From: Phyllobates terribilis
Lineage: Eukaryota
Direction: 5' to 3'
DNA: 64,000 nt
Assembly: GCF_046119375.1 (NCBI RefSeq)
Contig: NW_027362767.1
Coordinates: forward strand, 238,452,001-238,516,000
Both the position numbers and the translations under genes were made by a program. The notes beneath the pieces are model-generated. The model was not told the DNA's origin. It searched no databases and saw only the letters and a program-made list of their open reading frames with translations. This document shows positions 20,801 to 31,348 of this stretch, one piece after another. Each line of letters starts with the position of its first letter. Within the stretch, counting starts at the first letter, position 1.

Positions 20801-23800
20801 AGCCATACTGCGATCTTTGGGAGACATAATAAATGAGTAACCGGTGAAGAATTGGTTTCATTTATTTTTTACGCCGTTCCTCGTGCGGTATAAGTGATGA
20901 GATTACTTTATTCTTCGGGTCGGTGCGATTACAGCGATACCAGATTTATATCAGGTTTTTATGACTGACAGCTGTCACACACTAAAAGACGCTTTTTTTT
21001 GCAAAATCTAGTTTTTGCATCACCATATTTTGAGAGCTATAATTTTTCCATATTTCGGCCGACAGAGTCATGTGATGGCTTGTTTTTTGCGGGACGAGTT
21101 GACATTTTTATTGGTACCATTTTTGGGTACGTGACATTTTTTGATCGCTTTCTATTCCGTTTTTTGGGAGGTAAAATGAACAAAAAACAACAATTCAGGA
21201 ATTGTTTTTTGAGGGTTTTTTTTATGCCGTTCTGCGTGTGGTAAAAGTGATCAGGCAGCGTTATTCTTCGGGTCAGTACGTTTACAGCAATACTACACTT
21301 GCTGTATATTTTTTTTTTATGTTTTGGCACTTTTACACAAAACAATTTTATAGAAAAAGTATTTTTTTTACATCGCTTTATTCTGAGAGCTATAACTTTT
21401 TTATTTTTCGGCTGATGGAGCAGTATGACTGCTTTTTTTTGCGGAACAAGATGACGTTTTCAGTGATACCATTTTTATTTCCATTTTGCTTTTTGATCGC
21501 ATTTTATTCCACTTTTTGTTTGGCGATATGATGAAAAACCATAGTTTTTTGCTCCGTTTTTTATTTTTTTAGAGTGTGCACAGAAGGAGTTAATTAGTGT
21601 GACAGCTTTATAGATCAGGTTGTTTCGGACGCGGCGATACCAAATATGTGCACTTTTTTTGTTTTTGCATAAATATACAGATTTATTGGTTCAATATTTT
21701 ATTTATTTATTTTTATTTATTTTGTGATTTTTTTTTTAACAGTTTGAAAACATTTTTTAGACTTTTTTTTTTACATTTTTACTTAGTCCGGTATGGGACA
21801 TTAATTTTTATTTTTCTAATCACTGTTCTCATGCAATGCAATAGACATGTATTGCATTGCATGAGAGCTCAGCTGACAGTTTTACACTGTCATCATCTCC
21901 TGCTAGACTCAGCTGCAGGCTGAGTCTAGCAGGACACCGTACATGGCAGACCCGGCGGTGGTCATGTGACCTCCGGCTGCCATGACAACGGCAGGTCCTC
22001 TCAGACATCAGGGGGCCGTCGGAGAGGTAAGTGGACGACCCCCTCTCCTCTCACTATCTTCTAAATGCCACGATCACTATAGATCACGGCATATAGAAGA
22101 TAGCAAAGGGTTAACATCATTGGGACCTGATCCAATCAGGTCCCGATGATGTCCCCTGTCAGAGCTGTCGCTCTGCACCGCACCCGTAGCGCTTGCAGGA
22201 CCCTGGGGGTCCTGAGGGCTGCGGGACCACCGACTGTTTATAAACGTCGGCGCTGCACAGAGCCCAGCAAGCGCCGACATTTATGTACAGTGGGCGGTCG
22301 GGAAACAGTTAAACATGAGCCATGTATGAGGGAGTCGGAGTCGTGGAGTCGGTGTCATGGAAGAGTTGGAGGTTTGGCTTACCGACTCCACAGCCCTGGT
22401 GGGAACGTCGCCTTACAGTCAATGGCCTCGAAAATAGATACCGAATCCCGTTTTTCAGGATTTAGACATAAGCCCCAACGCTGGTGTGTGTATACAATGT
22501 GATGTGCCATAGCCCAATTCTGGCGGTCTTCAACGGTGTTCTAGGCTAAGTGATCTGGAAAAAAAAGAGTTAAAACAGCCTAAGGCCACATTCACACATT
22601 AAGTATTTGGTCAGTATTTTACATCAGTATTTGTAAGACAAAACCAGGAGGGGGTGAGATATACAGAAGTGGTGACGTGTTTCTGTTATACTTTTCCACT
22701 CCTGGCTTTATTATTACTATTTATTTATATAGCGCCATTGCTTCCATCGCGCTGTACATAAGAAGGGGTTACATACCAAATACAGATATCACTTACAGTA
22801 AATGACTAACAATGATAGACTGGTACAGAGGGGAGAGGACCCTGCCCTTACAGGCTTACATTCTACAGGATGATGGGGAGGGAGACAGTAGGTTGGGGGG
22901 GTTGCAGAGCTCTGGTGTTGTCGAGGTGGCAGAGGGGTCATTGCAGGCTGTGAGCTTGTTTGAAGAGATGGGTTTTCAGGTTCCGTCGGAAGGATCCAGG
23001 TGTGGTGGATAATCGGATGTCTTGAGGCACAGAATTCCATAGGATGGGAGATATTCGGGAGAAATCTTGGAGGCGATTGGGTGAGGAACGAATAAGTGTG
23101 GAGGAGAGAAGGAGGTCTTGGGAGGAACGGAGGTTACGTGAAGGAATATATCGGGAGATTAGTTCAAAGATGTACGGAGGAGAGAGGTTATGGGTGGCTT
23201 TGTAGGTCAGTGTTAGTAGTTTGAACTGGATACGCTGGGAGAATGGGAGCCAGTGAAGGGATTTGCAAAGGGGGGTAGCAGAGGCGTAGGGAGGCGAGAG
23301 ATGGACCAGTCGCAGGTAGGCTACAGAGGAGGATGTTGCAGTAGTCGAGGCGGGAGATGATGAGGGCATGCACAAGCAGTTTAGTAGATTGAGGGTTGAG
23401 GAAATATTTTTGAGCTGGAGACGACAAGAGGTGGAAAGAACTTGGATGTGGGGTTTGAAGGACAGGGCAGAGTCAAGGGTTACTCCGAGGAAGCGGAGTG
23501 TCAGTACAAGGGAAAGAGTGATGTAATTTATTGTGATAGAAAGATCAGATGGAAAAGATATGCGAGATGGAGGAAACATGATGAGTTCAGATTTGTCCAC
23601 ATTGAGTTTGAGGAAGCGAGAGGAGAAGGAGGATATGGCTACTAGACACGCTGGGATTCGGGACAGCAGAGATGTGACATCTGCGCCAGAGAGGTAGATC
23701 TGGGTGTCATCAGCGTACAGATGGTACTGGAAGCCATGGGATTTTATGAGCTGTCCCAGGCCAAGGGTATAGATTGAGAAGAGTAGGGGTCCTAGTACAG

Positions 23801-26419
23801 AGCTTTGAGGTACTCCAACAGAGAGAGGGCGAGATGAGGAGGTAGTGTGGGAATGGGAGACGCTAAATGTGTGGTTGGAAAGGTATGAGGAGACCCAGGA
23901 TTAGGGCAAGGTTTTAGTTTACAAATACTGACCAAATACTGAAGGTGTGAACATGGCCTAATAATGAAGCCATATACCGCTGTCGGCCGGGGCGGCTTCC
24001 CTCATCACTATCACCGTGTACAGATTAGAGCAGGGGTCTCAAACACGCGGCCCCTCCGGCTGCTTCTGGCGGCCCGCAGGCACAGACCCTGTAACGATCG
24101 CGGCTCTCTCCAGCAGCCGCCGACATCAGCGCTGTAGTCCAGTGTATTGCCGCGCAGAGACCGGCTCTCTGCACAGCAATACCAGTGTCAGCCACCGGCC
24201 TATCAGAGACCAACAGCTGACCTCTGCGTCCCAGCGCAGCGGCATATGACGTCACTGCCATGTGCAGATGTCAGCTGCTGGCCTCTGATAGGCCGGTGGC
24301 TGACACTGGTATTGCTGTGCAGAGAGCCGGTCTCTACGCGGCAATACACTGGACTACAGCGCTGATGTCGGCGGCTGCTGGAGAGAGCCGCGATCGTTAC
24401 GGGGTCTGTGCCTGCGGACCACAGGTGCAGAAAGGACGCCGAGGGAACGGAGGACAGGTGAGAATCTCTTTTTTTTTCCTGTCATGTGAAATACAGCACA
24501 CAGGACCTGTGCTCAGTATGGGGGGGGGCACTGTGCGCAGTATGGGGGGACAGGGACCCTGACCGCAGTATGGGGGACGGGGACCCTGCCCGCAGTATGG
24601 GGGAACGGGGACCGCAGTATGGGGGGACGGGGACCCTGACCGCAGTATGGGGGGACGGGGACCCTGACCGCAGTATGGGGGGACCATGTCTGTAATATGG
24701 GGGACCATGTCTGCAATATGGGAGACCATGTCTGCAATATGGGGGACCTGGATGGGGGACCATGTCTGCAATATGGGGGACCTGGATGGGGGACCATGTC
24801 TGTAATATGGGAGACCATGTCTGCAATATGGGGGACCTGGATGGGGGACCATGTCTGCAATATGGGGGACCTGGATGGGAGACCATGTCTGCAATGTGGG
24901 GGACCTGGATGGGAGACCATGTCTGCAATGTGGGGGACCTGGATGGGAGACCATGTCTGCAATGTGGGGGACCTGGATGGGAGACCATGTCTGCAATGTG
25001 GGGGACCTGGATGGGAGACCATGTCTGCAATATGGGGGACCTGGATGGGAGACCATGTCTGCATATGGGGGACCTGGATGGGAGACCATGTCTGCAATAT
25101 GGGGGACCTGGATGGGAGACCATGTCTGCAGTATGGGGGACCATGTCTGCAGGATGGGAGACCATGTCTGCAGGATGGGGGACCATGTCTGCAGGATGGG
25201 GGACCATGTCTGCAGGATGGGGGACCTGGATGGGTGACCATGTCTGCAGTATGGGGGACCTGGATGGGAGACCATGTCTGCAGGATGGGTGACCATGTCT
25301 GCAGTATGGGGGACCTGGAGGGGAGACCATGTCTGCAGTATGGGGGACCTGGAGGGGAGACCATGTCTGCAGTATGGGGGACCTGGAGGGGAGACCATGT
25401 CTGCAGTATGGGGGACCTGGAGGGGAGACCATGTCTGCAGTATGGGGGACCTGGAGGGGAGACCATGTCTGCAGTATGGGCGACCTGGAGGGGAAACCAT
25501 GTCTGCAGTATGGGGGACCTGGAGGGGAGACCATGTCTGCAGTATGGGGGACCTGGAGGGGAGACCATGTCTGCAGTATGGGGGACCTGGAGGGGAGACC
25601 ATGTCTGCAATATGGGGGACCTGGAGGGGAGACCATGTCTGCAATATGGGGGACCTGGAGGGGAGACCATGTCTGCAAGATGAGGACCAGTTCAAAAGGT
25701 GTATAGAAAATAAAATGGTATCACTAAAAATGTCACTTTGTCATGCAAATAATCCAGCCCCCCAAATTAAATGTTTTTCCGTGTGCGGCCCATATGCCCA
25801 GCTGAGTTTGAGACCCCTGGATTAGAGGGAGCAGTGCTCTACAGCTGTTCTTAAACTACAACTCCCAGCATGCCCACACTATCATTGGCAGTCGGGCATG
25901 CTGGGAGTCAGTCTCGTAACAGCCGGCAGAACATTGTTACACAAAGCATCCGTACAAATGGGAATTACCCTTTCAGCAATTGTCCCCCAGGTCTGGCTGA
26001 CCAGGACATGCTGTACAATAACCTGCATGCAGTTCACTTGCACCCCAGGGGTTCGTACCCGACAAGGCGAGGGGTCCGGCGTCAAGAAAAAGTCTAAACC
26101 TAGGACGTGATGTGAATGATGCCCTATATATAGCAGTAAAAACAGGAGCAGTTACTATAGCAACCAGACTCCTGCTCTCATCTCTCTAGGATTCTTAGCA
26201 AAATTAAAGCAGCCACCTGATATGTGCAGTACACAGCCAATCAATTTCTCCCGCTTGCATACATTTTTGCAACCAAACAAATGTCCCTCCCTTCACTCTA
26301 GAATATAAAGGTCTAATACACCAGATGAGACACCACAAGCAGAGCCCCTAATACTGTAATATCGCCCCTCATTCTCCACACCACGTAGAAGGATACAACT
26401 GCAGCGCGCCCGCCGCCAT
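17826..26419 (-). CDS. LAGE3: EKC/KEOPS complex subunit LAGE3 (Pcc1 family), 90 aa
   Basis: Minus-strand exons 26419-26397 (23 nt), 18793-18665 (129 nt) and 17946-17826 (121 nt) give 273 nt: [90 protein letters not shown]. This matches Pcc1/LAGE3 motifs (VPFP..EA.IAH.SL.PDAEP; W.A...R.LR.SV..FL..LSLVV.TM.RFGP). PolyA signal at 17720-17715 (-). Confidence 0.93.
19002..22398. mobile_element. hAT-type MITE (~290 bp of its own sequence) split by a 3.1 kb insertion
   Basis: TIRs CAGGGCTGTGGAGTC / GACTCCACAGCCCTG. Perfect 8-bp TSD GTGGGAAC at 18994-19001 and 22399-22406. Confidence 0.9.
19210..22308. mobile_element. Non-autonomous TTAA-specific (piggyBac-like) element, ~3.1 kb, with ~395-bp internal tandem duplications
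   Basis: TTAA at 19206-19209 and 22309-22312, with imperfect termini CCACTTC.../...GGGAAACAG. The block AAGG(G/A)TAACAGG recurs at 19876, 20272 and 20665. No transposase ORF. Related fragments at ~14050-14630, 18040-18560, 29350-30010 and 44490-45850. Confidence 0.55.
22584..23958. mobile_element. PIF/Harbinger-type MITE interrupted by an L2 fragment
   Basis: TAA TSDs at 22581-22583 and 23959-23961; TIRs GGCCACATTCACAC / GTGTGAACATGGCC. Confidence 0.85.
22707..23910 (-). mobile_element. 5'-truncated L2/CR1-clade LINE (RT C-terminus plus 3' tail)
   Basis: RT motif YADD (23717-23706) preceded by [11 protein letters not shown] 22938-23600 ([16 protein letters not shown]...[21 protein letters not shown]...LWNS...LKTHLF). 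(TAA/TAAA)n tail at ~22707-22727. Frameshifted. Confidence 0.9.
24031..25819. mobile_element. hAT-type MITE carrying a ~340-bp hairpin and a ~1.1 kb internal minisatellite
   Basis: TIRs CAGGGGTCTCAAAC / GTTTGAGACCCCTG. Perfect 8-bp TSD GATTAGAG at 24023-24030 and 25820-25827. Confidence 0.92.
24540..25680. repeat. Compound GC-rich minisatellite (GGGGGACCATGTCTGCAGTAT and GGGGGACCTGGA modules)
   Basis: Direct reading. It produces the overlapping repetitive ORFs on both strands in 24397-25825. Confidence 0.93.
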
Positions 26420-26529
26420 CTTACGTTCTGGCAAGAGGATGTACAATAGAGAAGGCGCGAGCAGTACAGAGCGACATCTGCCTCCAGTCAGTGGAGGACT
26501 TCTTGCTGGTATTTTACAAGGATTAGTCT

Positions 26530-26544
26530 GCCGCCATCTGCTGG
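26530..26544 (-). promoter_or_regulatory. Candidate CTCF site (CCAGCAGATGGCGGC) upstream of LAGE3; YY1 motif AAGATGGCGGC overlapping the LAGE3 start codon (26422-26412)
   Basis: Exact match to the CCASYAGRKGGCRS consensus, ~110 nt upstream of the ATG. Confidence 0.55.
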
Positions 26545-26994
26545 TGGCTGATGAAAGTGCATCTAAAAGATAACGTTATGGAAGTGCTCCCGTGCCAGGG
26601 TTATAATAAAAATGATGAAAGGAAAACATGGTCAATTCAATTACTTTGTCGTCATTTTGGATGTGTCAATAAGGAATTAGTCTACTTAGGAGGTGGGTCT
26701 GACTTCACAGAGTGAACCCCCATTTATTTAGTGACATTCATGGGTGAGAGATAGGACTGAGGAGCCATAAGGGGTGGTGAGCGCCAATAGTTTCATGGGG
26801 TTTGTGGTAGGGAAATCATGGAACAATGATGACAAGCTAGTAGAGGATCTTCTTGGTGGGGGGCACTGAACAGTCTAGGTGGGCTGCAGGTGGTCTATAG
26901 TGTTACCTGTGGAAAGATGTGAGGTGATCAATGGGAGTTAGAAACCATGGGTAGGAGTTAGATATGACAGGTGGTAGAAAGTTTCCACAGTGGG

Positions 26995-27243
26995 TATATA
27001 GGTGTCACAGGAGGTAGATAGGTGACACAGGAGGTAGATAGGTGTCACAGGAGGTAGGTGACACAGGAGGTAGATAGGTGTCACAGGAGGTAGATAGGTG
27101 TCACAGGAGGTAGATAGGTGACACAGGAGGTAGATAGGTGACACAGGAGGTAGATAGGTGTCACAGGAGGTAGATAGGTGACACAGGAGGTAGATAGGTG
27201 ACACAGGAGGTAGATAGGTGACACAGGAGGTAGATAGGTGTCA
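26995..27243. repeat. 20-bp minisatellite (GGTGWCACAGGAGGTAGATA), ~12 copies
   Basis: Direct periodicity of 20 nt. Confidence 0.92.
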
Positions 27244-27289
27244 GCTGTCAAGTGCTGGAGTATGGAGGAGACCCGAGTGCGCCCCACAC

Positions 27290-29275
27290 AGGGCAGGCGC
27301 CGGCTGTATCTCTCCCTTTAGCAGGAAGGTGCCGGCTGTATCTCTGCCTCTAGCAGGAAGGCGGCGGCTGTATCTCTGCCTCTAGCAGGAAGGCGGCGGC
27401 TATATCTCTGCCTCTAGCAGGAAGGTGCCGGCTGTATCTCTGCCTCTAGCAGGAAGGCGGCGGCTGTATCTCTGCCTCTAGCAGGAAGGTGCCGGCTGTA
27501 TCTCTGCCTCTAGCAGGAAGGCGGCGGCTGTATCTCTGCCTCTAGCAGGAAGGCGGCGGCTGTATCTCTCCCTTTAGCAGGAAGGTGCCGGCTATATCTC
27601 TGCCTCTAGCAGGAAGGTGCCGGCTGTATCTCTACCTCTAGCAGGAAGGCGGCGGCTGTATCTCTGCCTCTAGCAGGAAGGTGCCGGCTGTATCTCTGCC
27701 TCTAGCAGGAAGGCGGCGGCTGTATCTCTGCCTCTAGCAGGAAGGTGCCGGCTGTATCTCTGCCTCTAGCAGGAAGGTGCCGGCTGTATCTCTGCCTCTA
27801 GCAGGAAGGCGGCGGCTGTATCTCTGCCTCTAGCAGGAAGGTGCCGGCTGTATCTCTGCCTCTAGCAGGAAGGCGGCGGCTGTATCTCTGCCTCTAGCAG
27901 GAAGGTGCCGGCTGTATCTCTGCCTCTAGCAGGAAGGTGCCGGCTGTATCTCTGCCTCTAGCAGGAAGGTGCCGGCTGTATCTCTGCCTCTAGCAGGAAG
28001 GCGGCAGCTGTATCTCTGCCTCTAGCAGGAAGGTGCCGGCTGTATCTCTGCCTCTAGCAGGAAGGTGCCGGCTGTATCTTTGCCTCTAGCAGGAAGGTGC
28101 CGGCTGTATCTTTGCCTCTAGCAGGAAGGTGCCGGCTGTATCTCTGCCTCTAGCAGGAAGGTGCCGGCTGTATCTTTGCCTCTAGCAGGAAGGTGCCGGC
28201 TGTATCTTTGCCTCTAGCAGGAAGGTGCCGGCTGTATCTTTGCCTCTAGCAGGAAGGTGCCGGCTGTATCTTTGCCTCTAGCAGGAAGGTGCCGGCTGTA
28301 TCTCTGCCTCTAGCAGGAAGGCGGCGGCTGTATCTCTGCCTCTAGCAGGAAGGCGGCGGCTGTATCTCTGCCTCTAGCAGGAAGGTGCCGGCTGTATCTC
28401 TGCCTCTAGCAGGCAGGCGCCGGCTGTATCTCTGCCTCTAGCAGGCAGGCGCCGGCTGTATCTCTGCCTCTAGCAGGCAGGTGCCGGCTGTATCTCTCCC
28501 TCTAGCAGGCAGGTGCTGGCTGTATCTCTGCCTCTAGCAGGGAGGTGCCGGCTGTATCTCTGCCTCTAGTAGGCAGGTGCCGGCTGTATCTCTGCCTCTA
28601 GCAGGCAGGTGCCGGCTGTATCTCTGCCTCTAGCAGGCAGGTGCCGGCTGTATCTCTGCCTGTAGCAGGGAGGTGCCGGCTGTATCTCTGCCTCTAGTAG
28701 GCAGGTGCTGGCTGTATCTCTGCCTCTAGCAGGCAGGTGCTGGCTGTATCTCTGCCTCTAGCAGGCAGGCGGCGGCTGTATCTCTGCCTCTAGCAGGCAG
28801 GTGCCGGCTGTATCTCTGCCTTTAGCAGGCAGGTGCCGGCTGTATCTCTGCCTCTAGCAGGCAGGTGCCGGCTGTATCTCTGCCTCTAGTAGGCAGGTGC
28901 CGGCTGTATCTCTGCCTCTAGTAGGCAGGTGCTGGCTGTATCTCTGCCTCTAGCAGGCAGGTGCTGGCTGTATCTCTGCCTCTAGCAGGGAGGTGCCGGC
29001 TGTATCTCTGCCTCTAGTAGGCAGGTGCTGGCTGTATCTCTGCCTCTAGCAGGCAGGTGCCGGCTGTATCTCTGCCTCTAGCAGGCAGGTGCTGGCTGTA
29101 TCTCTGCCTCTAGCAGGGAGGTGCCGGCTGTATCTCTGCCTCTAGTAGGCAGGTGCTGGCTGTATCTCTGCCTCTAGCAGGCAGGTGCTGGCTGTATCTC
29201 TGCCTCTAGCAGGCAGGTGCTGGCTGTATCTCTGCCTCTAGCAGGCAGGCGGCGGCTGTATCTCTGCCTCTAGCC
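27290..29275. repeat. 32-bp minisatellite (CTGTATCTCTGCCTCTAGCAGGMAGGTGCCGG), ~62 copies
   Basis: Direct periodicity of 32 nt. Confidence 0.96.
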
Positions 29276-30353
29276 GCAGTGATCAGAGCTGGCTCCAGTT
29301 ACTGCTGTTTAGCTACTTAAATGCCAATGTCAATCTCTGACAGCAGCTTTTAAAGGGCAGTGTTTGTTCAGGCGCTCTTTGTCCCCTCCCCATGGGTGCC
29401 GATGGGTTGCTATACCTTCAGAGTTCTGCCATCTAATCACTGCTGTGAAGCCTGGCACAGGGTGGGCCTCATAGGAGCCCGTGATACTGCAGTACTGAGT
29501 GTATATAGGGTACGAGCGATCGCTCCCCTATTGATAGTAAAAAAAAAAAGTTTGGAAAAATATAATAAAAAAATCAACAAACATAAAAGTTGTAATCGGC
29601 CATCCAAAAATAAATGTATAAACAAATTGTAAACAAATGAGAATCTTTGGTTTGGAAATATAAAAGAAGCCAATGCGGCCATTCTTCAGACACCGCAACT
29701 TTCCCTAAAATGCAATAAAGATCAATAAAATGTCTATAGGGCTGAATAAAGGCTTCTCAGGACTCGGTGCTCCATGGCCGCCGCCGGCGAACCTCCCCCA
29801 GCGCCTGATGTGATTAGTCAGCCCGGTGTGATGTCATCGTTATGACACAACGCAGGTATGATGTCACGCCAGGGTCGGGGAGGCTGCAGGTAGGAGGAGG
29901 CTCTCAGGCCCTGGTGTGGCGGCCATGGACTGCTGAGGTGGCTGCAGGACCAGGGCCATAGTTGTATCCTATGTGCTCCAAAATGGCACCAATAAAAACT
30001 ATTGCTCAAAATGGCAGCATTGTGATGTATGGATGACAATGCCGTGTCATTACATCAGGGGGACATGTCATCATGTCGTGACAGTGGGTGCTGGGGCTAT
30101 CGGGAATGGTCACTTTACGTAGCTATAGTTACAGTGCATCAGTTTACACGGGTCACGTGACAAGCAGCCGAGGGACAGAGGAATATTCCATTGGTGTTTG
30201 AAACGGGGGGGGGGAGGTCACTGCCAAAGAACCTGCGTACGAGGCCAAAGGTATGTCTGTAAAATATAAATGATCCTGTTCAGAACTGCAGTAACCGCTC
30301 TCCCTTCATTAACTTCGCTTATTTGCCTGTGGAGGAGAATAGTGGTACGGTCC

Positions 30354-30383
30354 GTTGCTATAGCAGCGAATGTTGCTGGTGAC
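30354..30383 (+). promoter_or_regulatory. Tandem RFX X-box-like motifs (GTTGCTATAGCAGC; GTTGCTGGTGAC), candidate RIBC1 promoter
   Basis: Near-palindromic X-box ~1 kb upstream of the RIBC1 ATG, immediately before the minisatellite that fills the presumed first intron. Confidence 0.55.
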
Positions 30384-30419
30384 GGATCTCCAGGACGTGT
30401 AGTCTGATAGCCAGTTACT

Positions 30420-31260
30420 TATAGATTGTATGCTGAAACTTGTAGTCCCACATCAGGATCAGGTGTGTAGAAGGTATGCTGAGACTTGTAGTTCATCATC
30501 AGTTATGGGATAGGCATGCTGAGACTTATAGTTCCTCAGTTATGAAGTAGGAATTCTGAGGCATCTGGTTCTTCATCAGGTGCATAGAAGGCATGGTGAG
30601 ACTTGTAGTCCCATATCAGGTATGCAGAGGGCATGATGAGACTTGTAGTCCAATATCAGATATGTAGAGGGCATGACGAGACTTGTAGTACCTAGCAAGT
30701 ATTTAGTGAGACTTGTAGTTTCTCACCAGGTATGGAATAGGTATGCCGAAACGTATAGTTCCTCACCGGGTGTGTAGAAGGCATGCTGAGGCTTGTAGTC
30801 CCATATCAGGTATGTAGAAGGCATGCTGAGGCTTGTGGTTCCCATCCATACAGTGACCCTCGTACATCAGTTGTGGAGTAGGCATGCTGAGATTTGTGGT
30901 TGCTCAGGTGTGTTGTAGGCATGCTGAGGCTTGTGGTTCCTCAGTTATGGAGTAGGCATGCTGAGGCTTCTGGTTCCTCAGTTATGGAGTAGGCATGCTG
31001 AGGCTTGTGGTTCCTCAGTTATGGAGTAGGCATGCTGAGGCTTCTGGTTCCTCAGTTATGGAGTAGGCATGCTGAGGCTTGTGGTTCCTCAGTTATGGAG
31101 TAGGCATGCTGAGGCTTGTAGTTCCACCGTTATGGAGTAGGCATGCTGAGGCTTGTAGTTCCTCCGTTATGGAGTTGGCATGCTGAGGCTTGTGGTTCCC
31201 ATCTGTACAGTGACCCTCGTACATCAGTTGCAGAGTTGGCTGTCGGAGACTTCCATTGTA
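30420..31260. repeat. ~37-bp minisatellite (TCAGTTATGGAGTAGGCATGCTGAGGCTTGTGGTTCC), degenerate 5' and homogeneous 3'
   Basis: CTGAGG recurs at 30961, 30998, ...; roughly 20 units. Confidence 0.88.
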
Positions 31261-31348
31261 GTCTAGCTCTGCTGGGCCTTGTAGTTCCACATCGTTCAGT
31301 ATACAGTGACATTTCCTTTCTCCCCACCCCTGCAGCTGACCTGCAGCC

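Larger units (their letters stand above)
18794..26396 (-). other. U12-type (minor spliceosome, GT-AG) intron 1 of LAGE3, 7603 bp
   Basis: 5' splice site GTATCCTT (26396-26389). Branch-point-like TTCCATAAC (18812-18804) lies ~11 nt from the in-frame TACAG acceptor, with no long polypyrimidine tract in between. Confidence 0.85.

Noticed and set aside
24397-25825. Repetitive 125-432-aa ORFs on both strands
   Set aside because: Translations of the minisatellite inside a hAT MITE.
26151-26164. Perfect X-box GTTACTATAGCAAC
   Set aside because: It lies within LAGE3 intron 1, ~4 kb from the RIBC1 start, and similar GTTRCTATAGCAAC motifs occur in common frog repeats. Not called as functional.
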